NCBI GenBank assembly: GCA_044225505.1
Contig: JBGAIN010000033.1
Location: forward strand, 1-58,982
DNA length: 58,982 bases
DNA from: Limisphaerales bacterium
GTDB taxonomy: Bacteria; Verrucomicrobiota; Verrucomicrobiia; Limisphaerales; SIBE01
Direction: 5' to 3'
In this document: positions 6,164 through 16,676 of the stretch, one piece after another
Layout of the letters: every line of letters starts with the position of its first letter
Numbering within the stretch: the stretch's first letter is position 1
Made by a program: the position numbers and the translations under genes
The notes under the pieces: generated by a model
Told to the model about the DNA's origin: nothing
Database searches by the model: none
What the model saw: only the letters and a program-made list of their open reading frames with translations

Positions 6164-8500
6164 ATGCACGACATCGTTTCCATAGTTGACGCTTCATCGT
6201 TGTTGGCCGCGATTGTTGATTCGACCGACGATGCCATCTTCAGCACGGACCTCGACGGTATCGTGCGGACGTGGAACGCCGCCGCGGAACGCATCTTTGG
6301 CTATTCGGCGGATGAGATGATCGGTTCGCCTCGGAGCCTGGCGCTGCCGGCGAGCCAAATCGGGGAGAAGTCAGGATTCTTAGCGCAGATACACCTGGGA
6401 AAGCAACGAGTCCGAGGTTTTGAATCCATTCTGCAGCGAAAGGACGGAACGTCGTTTCCCGCTTCGCTGACCAGCACGCCCGTTTTAAGTCCATCGGGTC
6501 AGAGTGCGGGGGTCGTGACGATTGTGCGCGATATCACTCCTCAAAAAGAGATGGCAGAGGCCGCTCTGCTGAGTGAGCGCCAGGCCAGTTTGATCGCGGA
6601 CGCGACGCCGGCGTTGATCTCCTATGTGGACTCTCAATTGCGCTATCGATTTGTCAATCGGGAGTATGAAAGGTGGTTCGGGCAACCGCAAGAGCGTCTG
6701 CTCGGGAGGACCCTGTCCGAGGTGCTGGGAGAGCAAACGATGAAACGCTTGCGACCGTTTGTGGACTCGGCTCTGGCAGGGCAGGAAGTCCATTTCGAAA
6801 CGGAAGCTCCCTACCTGGAGGGAGGAACCCGCTGGATTGAGGCGCACTATATCCCGCACCGAGGTGTGGAAGGGAGAGTGGTCGGGTTCTATGTCATGGT
6901 TTCCGATGTCTCGAAACGAAAGCGTGCAGAGGAGGAATTGCGAGAAAGCGAGCGGCGATATCGGGAGTTGGCGGAAGGTGTGGCACTAGATCGGAACAAA
7001 CTGGCCGCGGTGATCGAGAGTATGGCGCATCCGGTCATGATTGCCGATGCGTCCGGCCGATTCCTTTCCATGAATCAGTCGAGTTTGCGGCTGCATAGCA
7101 TTCGTTCGGTGACCGAACTCGAGGCGGGCGTGGGGCGTTTGGCTGAGCGATTCGAAATTCGGGATGCGGACGGGCAGTTGTTGCCTTTGACCGAATGGCC
7201 ATTGAGCCGAGCCGGGCGCGGCGAGCAGGTCGACCAGGAGTTACAAATCTACGATCGAGCGACGGAGCGACGGTGGACGGGCATTTACACAGGAGGGCCC
7301 GTTCGAAATCAGAGCGGCGATGTCGTGGTCATCGTCTTGACCATGCACGACATTACGGAGCGTAAGCGGATGGAGAAAGCCTTGCGGGAAAGTGAGACAC
7401 GTTACCGCACGATTGCCGAGGCTATGCCCCACTTGGTATGGAGCGCGCGTCCGGACGGGACGTTGGAGTATTTCAATCAGAAATGGACGGATTACACAGG
7501 GCTTTCCTACGTGGCGTCGCAAGGCGGGGGCTGGTTCCAGGCGGTGCACTCGGACGATTTGCCGCGGGTGCTAAGGCTTTGGCGTGATGCGCTGCAATCC
7601 GAATCGCCGATGAATTGTGACTATCGCTTGCGCAGTCGTGATGGCACGTTTCGCTGGTTCAAAAGTTGGGGCATCCCGCTGCGCGAGACAGCTGGGCGCG
7701 TGAGCAATTGGTTTGGGGCTTGCACAGATATCGATGACGTCGTGCGCGCCCGTGAGGTGCTAAGCCAGGCACGAGACGAGTTGGAGAAGACAGTTCAGGA
7801 ACGCACCGCAAAGCTGCAGGAGATGATCACCGAATTGGAGACATTCTCTTACAGTATTGCTCACGATATGCGCGCTCCGCTGCGCGCGATGGAGGGTTTC
7901 GCGGGCGCTGTGCTGGAAGACTACGGCGACCGCGTTGGGGCGGAAGGCAAAGACTATCTGCAGCGAATCAAAGCGGCGGCCGCCCGGCAAGATCACTTCA
8001 TTCGCGACGTGTTGAACTATAGCCGGCTGGTTCGGCAGGAATTGGTGTTGGAACGTCTGGATCTGGACGTCATTCTCCGAGACCTCGTCAGGGAATACCC
8101 GAACTTGCAGGTGGCGAAGGAAAGCATCCAGATTGAGCCGCCGCTCGGAACTGTTTGGGGGCATGCGCCTTCTCTCGCGCAGTGCCTCTCGAACCTGTTA
8201 GGAAACGCGCTGAAGTTTGTCGCGCCTGGGACGATCCCGCGTGTTCGAGTTTGGTCCCGACGGCAGGGGCCTAGGACCCGCTTGGTCGTCGAGGACAATG
8301 GCGTTGGCATCAGCGAGGAAAACTACTCGCGAGTGTTCCGGTTGTTCGAACGATTGCATGGCCAGGATGAGTATCCCGGCACGGGAATCGGTCTGGCCGT
8401 AGTGCGTAAGGCGGTCGAACGAATGGGAGGGTCGGTGGGCCTAGAATCGGAGCTGGGGAAGGGGAGCCGATTTTGGTTGGAGCTGCGCGCGTGTCCCTAA
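6164..8500 (+). CDS. Cytoplasmic multi-PAS sensor histidine kinase
   Basis: Four PAS/PAC repeats; H-box FSYSIAHDMRAPL; NLLGNALKF, EDNGVG and GTGIGLA boxes. Confidence 0.92.
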   Translation: MHDIVSIVDASSLLAAIVDSTDDAIFSTDLDGIVRTWNAAAERIFGYSADEMIGSPRSLALPASQIGEKSGFLAQIHLGKQRVRGFESILQRKDGTSFPASLTSTPVLSPSGQSAGVVTIVRDITPQKEMAEAALLSERQASLIADATPALISYVDSQLRYRFVNREYERWFGQPQERLLGRTLSEVLGEQTMKRLRPFVDSALAGQEVHFETEAPYLEGGTRWIEAHYIPHRGVEGRVVGFYVMVSDVSKRKRAEEELRESERRYRELAEGVALDRNKLAAVIESMAHPVMIADASGRFLSMNQSSLRLHSIRSVTELEAGVGRLAERFEIRDADGQLLPLTEWPLSRAGRGEQVDQELQIYDRATERRWTGIYTGGPVRNQSGDVVVIVLTMHDITERKRMEKALRESETRYRTIAEAMPHLVWSARPDGTLEYFNQKWTDYTGLSYVASQGGGWFQAVHSDDLPRVLRLWRDALQSESPMNCDYRLRSRDGTFRWFKSWGIPLRETAGRVSNWFGACTDIDDVVRAREVLSQARDELEKTVQERTAKLQEMITELETFSYSIAHDMRAPLRAMEGFAGAVLEDYGDRVGAEGKDYLQRIKAAAARQDHFIRDVLNYSRLVRQELVLERLDLDVILRDLVREYPNLQVAKESIQIEPPLGTVWGHAPSLAQCLSNLLGNALKFVAPGTIPRVRVWSRRQGPRTRLVVEDNGVGISEENYSRVFRLFERLHGQDEYPGTGIGLAVVRKAVERMGGSVGLESELGKGSRFWLELRACP

Positions 8501-9261
8501 GCTCGAAGCAGTGGTTCGGCACCCGCCGGCCAGGCATCTAAAGGTTCCCAACCCAGGAGTTGCCGGGTCGATTCCAGGTCGAACATCGATTTGTTGATGG
8601 GTCGGCTAGCGGCATAAACCGCCGCAAACCCGGGGCCCAGCGGAGCTTCGACCGCGCTGCGGAAGAAACGGGCGGCGTCGCCAGGACTAAAGTAAAGATT
8701 CGGCCCGCGGTCCGTGGCGGCCAACTCCGCGGCGTGCTCGGGCGTGCGTGGGAACCAGCCGAGCCGAACGGCGATAACGCGCATCTGGTAGTTGCGGGCA
8801 TAGCATTGCCCCGCCATCTCCGCAGCTACTTTTGTGACCGCGTACCAATCGCGTGGCGAATAGGGAGTGTGCACGGGAACGGGCCACGGCCCTTCGAGAA
8901 TCTGCCACCATACAACCTGGCCGGTGCTTGCCAGAACGACGCGCTTCACGCCGTTGAGGCGTGCTGCTTCGAGAACATTGTGAAGGCCGACCAGGTTGTT
9001 CGGGAGCAAGCGGGTTAGGAAATCGTCATCGTCAGGAAATGCCGCGAGGTGAACGATCGCCTCTACACCAGCGGCAGCCCGGTTGAGAATGTCTCGGTAG
9101 CCTAGGTCGCCGACGACGGACTCGCTGACATTGGGGCTAGGCACTCGATCAAACCCGCGCACAAACCAACCGCCGTCCTTCAGACCGGTCACGGCCGCGC
9201 GCCCAATGCTGCCGGCGGAGCCAGTCACGAGCACCTTTCTTTGGAGGACTTGCACCGGCAT
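8497..9261 (-). CDS. NAD-dependent epimerase/dehydratase family (uronate dehydrogenase-like)
   Basis: TGSAGSIG Rossmann motif, HLAA, YAVTK. Confidence 0.85.
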   Translation of the reverse strand: MPVQVLQRKVLVTGSAGSIGRAAVTGLKDGGWFVRGFDRVPSPNVSESVVGDLGYRDILNRAAAGVEAIVHLAAFPDDDDFLTRLLPNNLVGLHNVLEAARLNGVKRVVLASTGQVVWWQILEGPWPVPVHTPYSPRDWYAVTKVAAEMAGQCYARNYQMRVIAVRLGWFPRTPEHAAELAATDRGPNLYFSPGDAARFFRSAVEAPLGPGFAAVYAASRPINKSMFDLESTRQLLGWEPLDAWPAGAEPLLRA

Positions 9262-9389
9262 TGTTTATACTGAACCCCATCTGGGAGCAAGTAGCTCGAG
9301 CGCGAGACTGTTCAAGTACCGAGGTCCGACTCCACCGGGCGATGGAGCCCAGTGAGCGCGGCGGACGTCCGTGGGATCCGAGCACGCCC

Positions 9390-10709
9390 TTAGTTCGCCT
9401 CGATCAGAACGACTGCTCCATCCGCTTTGTTAACGATCTCGAAGGGTTCCAACATGGCAGTGGCGGGCCGCAGGAGCGATTTGCGCACCTCGGGCGAGTT
9501 CTGCAGCAGCTCGAGAAGATAGGCGCTTTTGAGGGAATAGTTCACGTTCTGGGGGACTGCGCCAGTGGCCCAGAGCAAGCGCCAATCGTTCAATCGAAGC
9601 GTGACCAGCCCGATCACATTACCGGACCGATCGAGGAGCGGTCCTCCGGAGTTCCCGGGTTGCACCGGGGCACTCATTTGAAAGTAGCGTGAGTCATCTT
9701 TAATGCCTGCCAGACTATTGATCTCGCCGCGCGTAAGTTTCAGTTCCTTGCCTTGGACACCGACATTGGGATATCCGAGCGCGACGACTGGATCGCCCAG
9801 CTTGGCGGTGCGGCTGTGGCTTACGGCGAGGGCGGGAAACGTTCCCGACACTTTAAGTAAAGCGACATCATTGGTTGAATCGACCTTGACGACCTGGGCG
9901 GGAATTGTGCCTCGCTTGGTCGTTACTTGAATGCGGGTGGCCCCTTCGATGACGTGGTAACAAGTGACCAGGTATCCGGCGGGATCCACAAAAAATCCAG
10001 TGCCGCTCTTGTGCAGTTTCTTAGAGGCCGACGCTTCGGGAGCCGGGCGAAAGGCGATGGCGCGGCGTTGCCCTTCGGAAATCTGCTGAGGGGTCAGCAA
10101 GCGAGTCAAAGACGTTCGGGCGTCGCTGGCCCGCTCGTCGCCCTGTGCGGCTGCGAGGTTGAACCACTTGTAGGCCTCAATTAAGTCGCGGCCAGCGCCT
10201 TGGCCGTCCGTGAGCATGGTGCCGAGGGAGCGCTGGCCGTCACGATCCCCTTGATTCGCCGCCCTTCGGAACCAGCGCACGGATTCCGAAGGGAACTTGC
10301 GCACGCCGATCCCATCGAGGTAGAGCCGCGCAAGGTTTACTTGAGCAGCGGGTAGGCCTTGATTAGCAGCTTTGTTTATCCAGCGGAACGCTTCGGCGTT
10401 ATTGACCGGGAGACCTTGCCCTTTGAGGTAAAGCACTCCGAGATTGGATTGTGCCTCTGCCAGGCCGTTTTCAGCAGCGCGACGCAACCATCGCGCTGCC
10501 TCACCGGCGTGTTGCGGAACCCCCTGTCCCGAATAATAGAGCATGCCGAGCGTCAGTTGGGCCTCGGGATTGCCCATTTCCGCTTGGGACCGAAGATCGT
10601 TAAGCGCGGTTCCGTCGAGGCTTTGCGCGGACGCGAGCCGTGCTGCCGCCAAGTACAGAATCAAAATGCTGAACCAGGCTCTTTGGCCGGCGCTGACAGC
10701 CATACACAC
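9390..10709 (-). CDS. Secreted Sel1-repeat protein with a trypsin-like serine protease domain
   Basis: Signal peptide; Sel1 repeats (AQxxLGxLYxxGxG); catalytic triad TCYHV, NDVALL, GNSGGP. Confidence 0.88.
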   Translation of the reverse strand: MCMAVSAGQRAWFSILILYLAAARLASAQSLDGTALNDLRSQAEMGNPEAQLTLGMLYYSGQGVPQHAGEAARWLRRAAENGLAEAQSNLGVLYLKGQGLPVNNAEAFRWINKAANQGLPAAQVNLARLYLDGIGVRKFPSESVRWFRRAANQGDRDGQRSLGTMLTDGQGAGRDLIEAYKWFNLAAAQGDERASDARTSLTRLLTPQQISEGQRRAIAFRPAPEASASKKLHKSGTGFFVDPAGYLVTCYHVIEGATRIQVTTKRGTIPAQVVKVDSTNDVALLKVSGTFPALAVSHSRTAKLGDPVVALGYPNVGVQGKELKLTRGEINSLAGIKDDSRYFQMSAPVQPGNSGGPLLDRSGNVIGLVTLRLNDWRLLWATGAVPQNVNYSLKSAYLLELLQNSPEVRKSLLRPATAMLEPFEIVNKADGAVVLIEAN

Positions 10710-11059
10710 TAGACCAGGGAAGCAATTGTTCGGCGCAGTTCGTCTCGCGTGAACGGTTTTTGCAGAATGCAGGCGAAATCCGTAGAGAGCCCCGCTGGTT
10801 TGTGCCCGGTTAAGAGGACAACGGGGAGAGTTGGTCTCCGGGTCTTGATCTCGCGCGCGAGTTGGTCGCCCTTCATGCCGGGCATAACGAGATCCGTAAA
10901 GACCACGTCGAACGCCCCAGCCTCGACTTTCTCGAGTGCTTCCGTTCCTCCGGGCGCCGTTTCAACGACGTAACCGCTGTTCCTGAGTAACGCCGTCACA
11001 AGATCACGAACAGCAGGTTCATCATCTACCACCAGCACACGCTTTGGAACATCTGGCAT
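10709..11059 (-). CDS. Single-domain response regulator (receiver)
   Basis: VLVVDDE, FTDLVMPGMKG, LLTG, KPF; start placed at ATG 11059 within ORF 10709..11293. Confidence 0.88.
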   Translation of the reverse strand: MPDVPKRVLVVDDEPAVRDLVTALLRNSGYVVETAPGGTEALEKVEAGAFDVVFTDLVMPGMKGDQLAREIKTRRPTLPVVLLTGHKPAGLSTDFACILQKPFTRDELRRTIASLV

Positions 11060-11370
11060 ACTAGAAAGATTCTGAACTGCATTCTCCGCCTGCGGCGGTG
11101 GTTTTGGTCCCGAGCGGGGGATACCCCAAACTGAGACGCGACACTCTGTAGCCGATCGCCGTCCCTGTTCATTCATGTAAATCAGCCGGGGTGATCTTGC
11201 AAGCTGCAAAGCGTCCTCAGGCGGGGAAGCGGCGCCAGTTTGGAATGCGAGGAGCAATCTTGCGCCGCGTCGTTGATGTCTGATACGGTCCAAGAGTTAT
11301 TGAAAGAGACCGACGCAACGGTGCCTTCGCCTCAAGCCTGGCTTCGGCTCTGGGTGTAGCAGCAAAGACC

Positions 11371-12036
11371 ATGCAACTGAAATACCTGACATTGGATGAC
11401 GCGCTCTACCGATACGCCTGCGCGATGCGAAGTGATACGGCGGATCCGGTGCTGGCGGCCCTACGCGACGAGAATCAGCACTACGGTGAGGACGCCAAGT
11501 GCCAGATTAGTGAGGAACAGGGCTCATTCCTGACTTTATTGGTGGCCGCGGTTGGCGCTAAATCCGCTATCGAAGTTGGCACCTTTACTGGATACAGCTC
11601 GATCTGTATCGCCCGTGGACTTGCCTCGGACGGACGGCTGATCTGTGTCGACCAGAGCGCGGAGTGGACCGCCGTCGCGCGCCGGTACTGGAAGCAGGCT
11701 GGAGTTGAGGCGAAAATCGATCTTCGCGTGGGGCCGGCCATTCCCACCTTGCGCGCCTTGAACGGGGACACGGCTTTTGACTTTGCCTTCATTGACGCGG
11801 CTAAGCCCGAATATGACACTTATTTCGAGTTGTTGCTCCCTCGCGTTCGTGCGAACGGGATCATCGTGCTCGACAATATGCTCTGGGCCGGCCGATTGAC
11901 CGGCAATCTGGAGCAGGACGTTTGCGGACAGGCAATTGACGCCCTCAATCGCAAGCTGGCGAATGATCCCCGGGTGCAGACGGTGCTCTTGCCCTTCGCG
12001 GACGGCATCCAGGTATGCCGCAAGCTCGATCGATGA
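11371..12036 (+). CDS. Class I SAM-dependent O-methyltransferase (caffeoyl-CoA OMT-like)
   Basis: EVGTFTGYS, FIDAAK, LDNMLW. Confidence 0.9.
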   Translation: MQLKYLTLDDALYRYACAMRSDTADPVLAALRDENQHYGEDAKCQISEEQGSFLTLLVAAVGAKSAIEVGTFTGYSSICIARGLASDGRLICVDQSAEWTAVARRYWKQAGVEAKIDLRVGPAIPTLRALNGDTAFDFAFIDAAKPEYDTYFELLLPRVRANGIIVLDNMLWAGRLTGNLEQDVCGQAIDALNRKLANDPRVQTVLLPFADGIQVCRKLDR

Positions 12037-12050
12037 CCTAATCTGCTGGG

Positions 12051-13874
12051 TTACGGCACTGGGTCTGGCCCAATCGCGGCGGATTGGGCGGACGCCTGGT
12101 CTGACGAATGTTGCGCGGGTCGAGGTTCTGACACCGCCATGAACCCGATGAACATCTCTTCAAACGATTGATCTCCCCAATGCACCTCGGAGGCGGGATT
12201 CGGATTGTCCGGATTGTACTTCGAATTATCAAATCCGCCGGTGCATAGGATCCGCGTGCCGGCTGGCAACAGTTTCGGTTCGATAAATCGATACCCATGC
12301 TGCCAGTTGAAGTTGTAACGCGGCACGGAAAGGAGCGTTTCATATTTGCCGTCCGGGTAGAGCGCTTCGTAACGAAACCACGATCCACGCTTGTGCATGT
12401 GCGGGGCGAGTTCATAAACCGTCGTATCTTTGGCCAGATTCAGGATTGCCATCGTCTGGGCATCTGCAGCGTGGGGTGGAATGGAAAACTCAAGATTGGC
12501 CGGGCCTAACATCTGCATCTCGGAGGCGGGCGCTTTCTGATGCAAATAGAGGCCAAGTTCTGTGAGATCCGTGGCTTCCTTGCCATACGGTGTGTAGTGA
12601 AGCTGAAACCTGAGTTTGCAGCCGGCCGGCAGGAACTTGCCTGTGCCTTCAGGATAGAAGGTCGGTTTGGCGCCTGGTGCCCAGCCGATGAGCCATTTGT
12701 CTTCCCACCGTTCGCTACGGGCGTGTCCTTCGGGATACTCCAGATAGACAATAACATGGTGGAGAACCTTGCGGTTGTCCGGTCGGATGACTGCCCCTTT
12801 CAACCAGGCATCGGCCGGGATTGGGCATTCCACAATGTTCGTCACGTAGTCCATCACCCCAGTCGCTTTGATCTCCATCCGGTGCGAGGGCGTTACGATG
12901 TAGTCTGGCCGACCTAGAGGCCAAGCTTCGGGAGCGGTCTGCTGCTGAGCGAGTTCAGCCAAACGATCCGAACCCTCGCCACGGGGAGTGCCCGCGTCGA
13001 TCCATCGAACCAAGGTTCGCATTTCATCGATAGAAAGAGCGCGATCACCCTCGAACCGTCCGTAATGCGGGTCCGCGCTCCACGGCGGCATGCGTTGAGT
13101 CAAGATCTCCTCGCGAATTTGGTCTGAGAACCCCCGAACCTTCGCATAACCCGACATAGCGAAAGGGCCGATGTTGCCGTTGCTGTGGCAAGAGACACAT
13201 TTGCGCTCGAGGATTGGCGCGACGTCTTTGGCGTAGGAAACCGCCTGTCCATCGCGATTGGACTCGTAGTGAACGAGACAGCCGGCGGCCGCTGTGGTGG
13301 CTGTTTCGACCGGTTGACTCTTGAGGAATGCCGACAACGCATTCTCCAAGTAAGGCTGACTCACTTGCGCTTTGACCGATCCTTGAACCGATTGATCATC
13401 GAAGGCGCCCCGATAAAAAATCGTCCAATCTTTCGTGCTGATGGCGATGACCTCGCCGGTGCGTTTCACGCCGAGCGAAGCGGCGACCAACTGGGATTCA
13501 TCACGCAAAATGGGCAGATCAATGCCAAACTCTCGAGCCTCTGCCTGGATGCTCGCGACGTCGTCTTGGGTGTTGGGCGCGAGCAGCCAGAAGCGGACTT
13601 TCGGGAATTTACTGTGCAGCTGTTTTAGTTTGGCGACGTTTTGCCGAACGACTGGACAACCGTTGCCCGAAATCATTAAGACTACGGCGCGCGCGCCATA
13701 GGGGCGGCGCAGTTGGTGGGCCCGGCCGTTTTGGTCGAGCAAAGCGAAATCGCCGACCTCTTGATGTTCAATTGCTTCTGCTGAAAATGTTAAGCACGAC
13801 AAACAGGTGGTTAACAGTGTCGTGAACCAAGCTAGCCCGCGCGTTCCAGAGGGGAACTGGTGTATCCCTTGCAT
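12051..13874 (-). CDS. Secreted redoxin + c-type heme + copper type II monooxygenase-like fusion
   Basis: Signal peptide; redoxin fold (DFALLD, GCPVV, YRGAFDD); CVSCH; HHVI, LHY, PHMH and EEM metal-ligand-like motifs. Confidence 0.75.
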   Translation of the reverse strand: MQGIHQFPSGTRGLAWFTTLLTTCLSCLTFSAEAIEHQEVGDFALLDQNGRAHQLRRPYGARAVVLMISGNGCPVVRQNVAKLKQLHSKFPKVRFWLLAPNTQDDVASIQAEAREFGIDLPILRDESQLVAASLGVKRTGEVIAISTKDWTIFYRGAFDDQSVQGSVKAQVSQPYLENALSAFLKSQPVETATTAAAGCLVHYESNRDGQAVSYAKDVAPILERKCVSCHSNGNIGPFAMSGYAKVRGFSDQIREEILTQRMPPWSADPHYGRFEGDRALSIDEMRTLVRWIDAGTPRGEGSDRLAELAQQQTAPEAWPLGRPDYIVTPSHRMEIKATGVMDYVTNIVECPIPADAWLKGAVIRPDNRKVLHHVIVYLEYPEGHARSERWEDKWLIGWAPGAKPTFYPEGTGKFLPAGCKLRFQLHYTPYGKEATDLTELGLYLHQKAPASEMQMLGPANLEFSIPPHAADAQTMAILNLAKDTTVYELAPHMHKRGSWFRYEALYPDGKYETLLSVPRYNFNWQHGYRFIEPKLLPAGTRILCTGGFDNSKYNPDNPNPASEVHWGDQSFEEMFIGFMAVSEPRPAQHSSDQASAQSAAIGPDPVP

Positions 13875-13975
13875 CGGACTTTCATCAATGGAATCGCCCG
13901 AATTGTCAACGTGATTTCATCGATGCCCGTGGACAATCGTTGTTTGCCCACGAGCAATGGAGGTGACGGCAAAGC

Positions 13976-15556
13976 TTATTTCTTCGCCGCCAGGTCTTTC
14001 TTGGGAAAGAGTGCCGCGGGATCGCCAATCACATGGCCTGGAGCCAGTTCACCCCATCGCGTCGACCTGAGGTCAGAGGGTTTAGCGGCAAGACCGAGTT
14101 GAGAATCGATTCGGGCGGCGGTGCTCGGTAGAAAGGGCCGAATCAAAACGGCCAGGAGCCGGCATGTTTCTGTCAGCGCGTAGAGCACCTGATCGAGCCG
14201 ACCGGCTTGTGCGGGATCTTTGGCAATCTTAAATGGGGCCGTTTGATCGATATACTGGTTAGCGCGAGTGATCAGCGCGTTGATAACCAGCAAGGCTGCC
14301 TGCAATTGATGCGCTCCCAAATGGGTGATCACACTTTGGATGGCTTGCTTGGCGTCGGCTTCCAAATCATTGGAGGTTGGGGGAACGACTCCATTGCGAT
14401 AGCGCTTCAGCATTGAGAGTGACCGGTTGACCAGATTGCCGAGCCCGTTCGCTAACTCTGCCTGGTATCGACCCTGGAAGCCAGCGTCGGTCCAGTTACC
14501 GTCCGCTCCGATATCCAGTTCTCGGGTGACGTAGAACCGGAAAGCATCGACTCCCCATTCTTGGATCACCGCGATGGGATCGATAACATTGCCGAGACTC
14601 TTGCTGATCTTCTGGCCGTCTTTCTGCCAAAATCCGTGGGCGAGGACCTGGCGTGGCAACGGCAGGTTTAGCGCGTGCAAAAAGATAGGCCAATAGATTG
14701 CGTGGAACTTCAGAATATCCTTTCCAATCACATGAATATCCGCGGGCCAGAGCTCGAGCGGCGTGGAGGGAGGAGGTTCCGGTGGTTCCAGGTAAGATCC
14801 AAGGGCCGCCAGGATCACCGGATCACCGAGGGACGCTGGAGCACTGGCGTAGTTTAGCAATGCGTCGAACCAAACGTAGGTCACATACGCTGGGTCAAAG
14901 GGGAGTGGAATGCCCCAGCTCAGGCGAGCCGCGGGACGTGTAATGCAAAGATCCTCGAGGGTATTGTTCTTGAGAAAGCCCAGGACCTCGTTGCGGCGAT
15001 AGTCCGGTGCGACAAACTCGGGATGGGTTTCGATATAGTCAATCAGCCATGCCTGGTCCTGCTTCGTGCGGAAATAGTAATTCTGCTCGGATAGTTCAGT
15101 GATCGGGCCCCAGGAAGGGTCGAAGCTACCGTCCGGCCGTCGATCTCGGTCCGTGAGAAATGTCTCCTCTTTCGCGGAGTAAAATCCTCGGTATTCGGCT
15201 TTGTAGAGTCGGCCTTCAGCATTGAATTTGGACAGGACAGCCTGGACGAATTTCTCGTGCCGACGTTCTGTCGTCCGGATGAAATCGTCGTTGGAGAGGC
15301 TCAGTGTCTTGGTCAGTTGTTTCCAGACGATGGCCAGTTCGTCGCAGTAGGTCTGGGGATCTTTACCCTGGGCAACGGCAGTTTGCTGGACTTTTTGTCC
15401 ATGCTCGTCGAGCCCCGTGAGAAAAAAGACAGGTTCACCCAGAGACCGATGAGCGCGCGCAATCATATCCGTGATGACTTTTTCGTAAGCGTGCCCCAAG
15501 TGAGGCTCGCCATTTACGTAGTCAATGGCCGTTGTGATGTAGAATGCTTTACTCAT
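13976..15556 (-). CDS. metG: Methionine--tRNA ligase
   Basis: FYITTAIDYVNGEPHLGH, YVWFDAL, IGKDI, KISKS. Confidence 0.95.
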   Translation of the reverse strand: MSKAFYITTAIDYVNGEPHLGHAYEKVITDMIARAHRSLGEPVFFLTGLDEHGQKVQQTAVAQGKDPQTYCDELAIVWKQLTKTLSLSNDDFIRTTERRHEKFVQAVLSKFNAEGRLYKAEYRGFYSAKEETFLTDRDRRPDGSFDPSWGPITELSEQNYYFRTKQDQAWLIDYIETHPEFVAPDYRRNEVLGFLKNNTLEDLCITRPAARLSWGIPLPFDPAYVTYVWFDALLNYASAPASLGDPVILAALGSYLEPPEPPPSTPLELWPADIHVIGKDILKFHAIYWPIFLHALNLPLPRQVLAHGFWQKDGQKISKSLGNVIDPIAVIQEWGVDAFRFYVTRELDIGADGNWTDAGFQGRYQAELANGLGNLVNRSLSMLKRYRNGVVPPTSNDLEADAKQAIQSVITHLGAHQLQAALLVINALITRANQYIDQTAPFKIAKDPAQAGRLDQVLYALTETCRLLAVLIRPFLPSTAARIDSQLGLAAKPSDLRSTRWGELAPGHVIGDPAALFPKKDLAAKK

Positions 15557-15646
15557 CGGCGGTAACTGTGGAGGACAGAGCGTGGATTGGCAACAGTTGG
15601 GTAGGATCGACCGGGGCACCAGCCTGCGATGCTCCGGTCCAGAACT

Positions 15647-16660
15647 TCACAGGGCGAACGAGAGTCCGCCGCAAAGTGCGGCAAGGAACCAGATAATCAA
15701 AACCGCTTGGCTTCTGCTCCAGCCGCTGCGAACCAAGCGATGCGATAGGTGGTTAGTATCCCCAATGTAGACGGGACGCCCCGCGCGCCATCGCAGAATC
15801 ACTACCCATGCCAGATCGACTAAGGGCACCGCCAGGATCAGGAGTGGACTCAGGACGGCCAGTGCCTTGGGATTTTGCCGGGAGTAAAAATGCGGCAGAA
15901 TGGCCAAGGTGGCGAGCAGGTAACCGACCAGATGGCTTCCCGCGTCTCCCAAGAAAATGGTTGCCTTGGGAAAGTTGTAAGGGAGAAATCCTGCGAGAGC
16001 TCCGCACGCGGACAAGGCCAGCACGGCTACGAGATAATGGCCATGCAAGCCGGCGGTGAGGGCATAGCATCCCGTCCCGATAACGCCCAACCCAGCGCAG
16101 AGTCCGTTCATGTTGTCCATAAAGTTGAGGGCGTTGGTGAGTGTGACGATCCAGAGGATTGTTACCAGGTAGCTGAATGCGACGTTCGGCACAAAAAGCG
16201 TAATCCGGACCCCGGCGGCGGCAACCACGAAGGAGATGATTAACTGTCCCGCGAGCTTCTTGGCTGGAGCCAATTCGTGCTTGTCATCCCACCATCCCAA
16301 GGCTGTCATGGCAACGGCTCCAAAGAGGAGAGCGGTTAGTTGCCCGCCCCGCCTGGCAAAGCCGTAGCTCAATAGGCCAAAGGTGTCGTGGCCCAGATCT
16401 GCATCGGGAGTCGGCTGGATAGGAAGCTGGCCAGTGAGTGCAATCCAGATTCCTGCGAGCGCAGCCGGCAAAATTAAGCCGCTTAGAACCGCCAAACCGC
16501 CTGCCAAGGCGATGGGTCGATCATGAATCTTGCGTCGTCCTGGATCATCCACAAGTCCGGTGTGGTAAGCCCACCGGCGCCAGAGAGGCATGCCAAGCAG
16601 GCTCACGGCGCAGGCTCCGACGAACGAACCGAGATAGATATTAAGAGGGAACGATAGCAT
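15647..16660 (-). CDS. MraY/WecA family polyprenyl-phosphate HexNAc-1-phosphate transferase
   Basis: DDPGRRKIH, WDDK, NALNFMDNMNGL, FLGDAGS, HLSHRL; multiple TM helices. Confidence 0.9.
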   Translation of the reverse strand: MLSFPLNIYLGSFVGACAVSLLGMPLWRRWAYHTGLVDDPGRRKIHDRPIALAGGLAVLSGLILPAALAGIWIALTGQLPIQPTPDADLGHDTFGLLSYGFARRGGQLTALLFGAVAMTALGWWDDKHELAPAKKLAGQLIISFVVAAAGVRITLFVPNVAFSYLVTILWIVTLTNALNFMDNMNGLCAGLGVIGTGCYALTAGLHGHYLVAVLALSACGALAGFLPYNFPKATIFLGDAGSHLVGYLLATLAILPHFYSRQNPKALAVLSPLLILAVPLVDLAWVVILRWRAGRPVYIGDTNHLSHRLVRSGWSRSQAVLIIWFLAALCGGLSFAL

Positions 16661-16676
16661 GACCTGAAAGCGTCAT

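Noticed and set aside
11060..11293. N-terminal extension of the response regulator ORF
   Set aside because: No domain signal; the receiver domain begins at ATG 11059.
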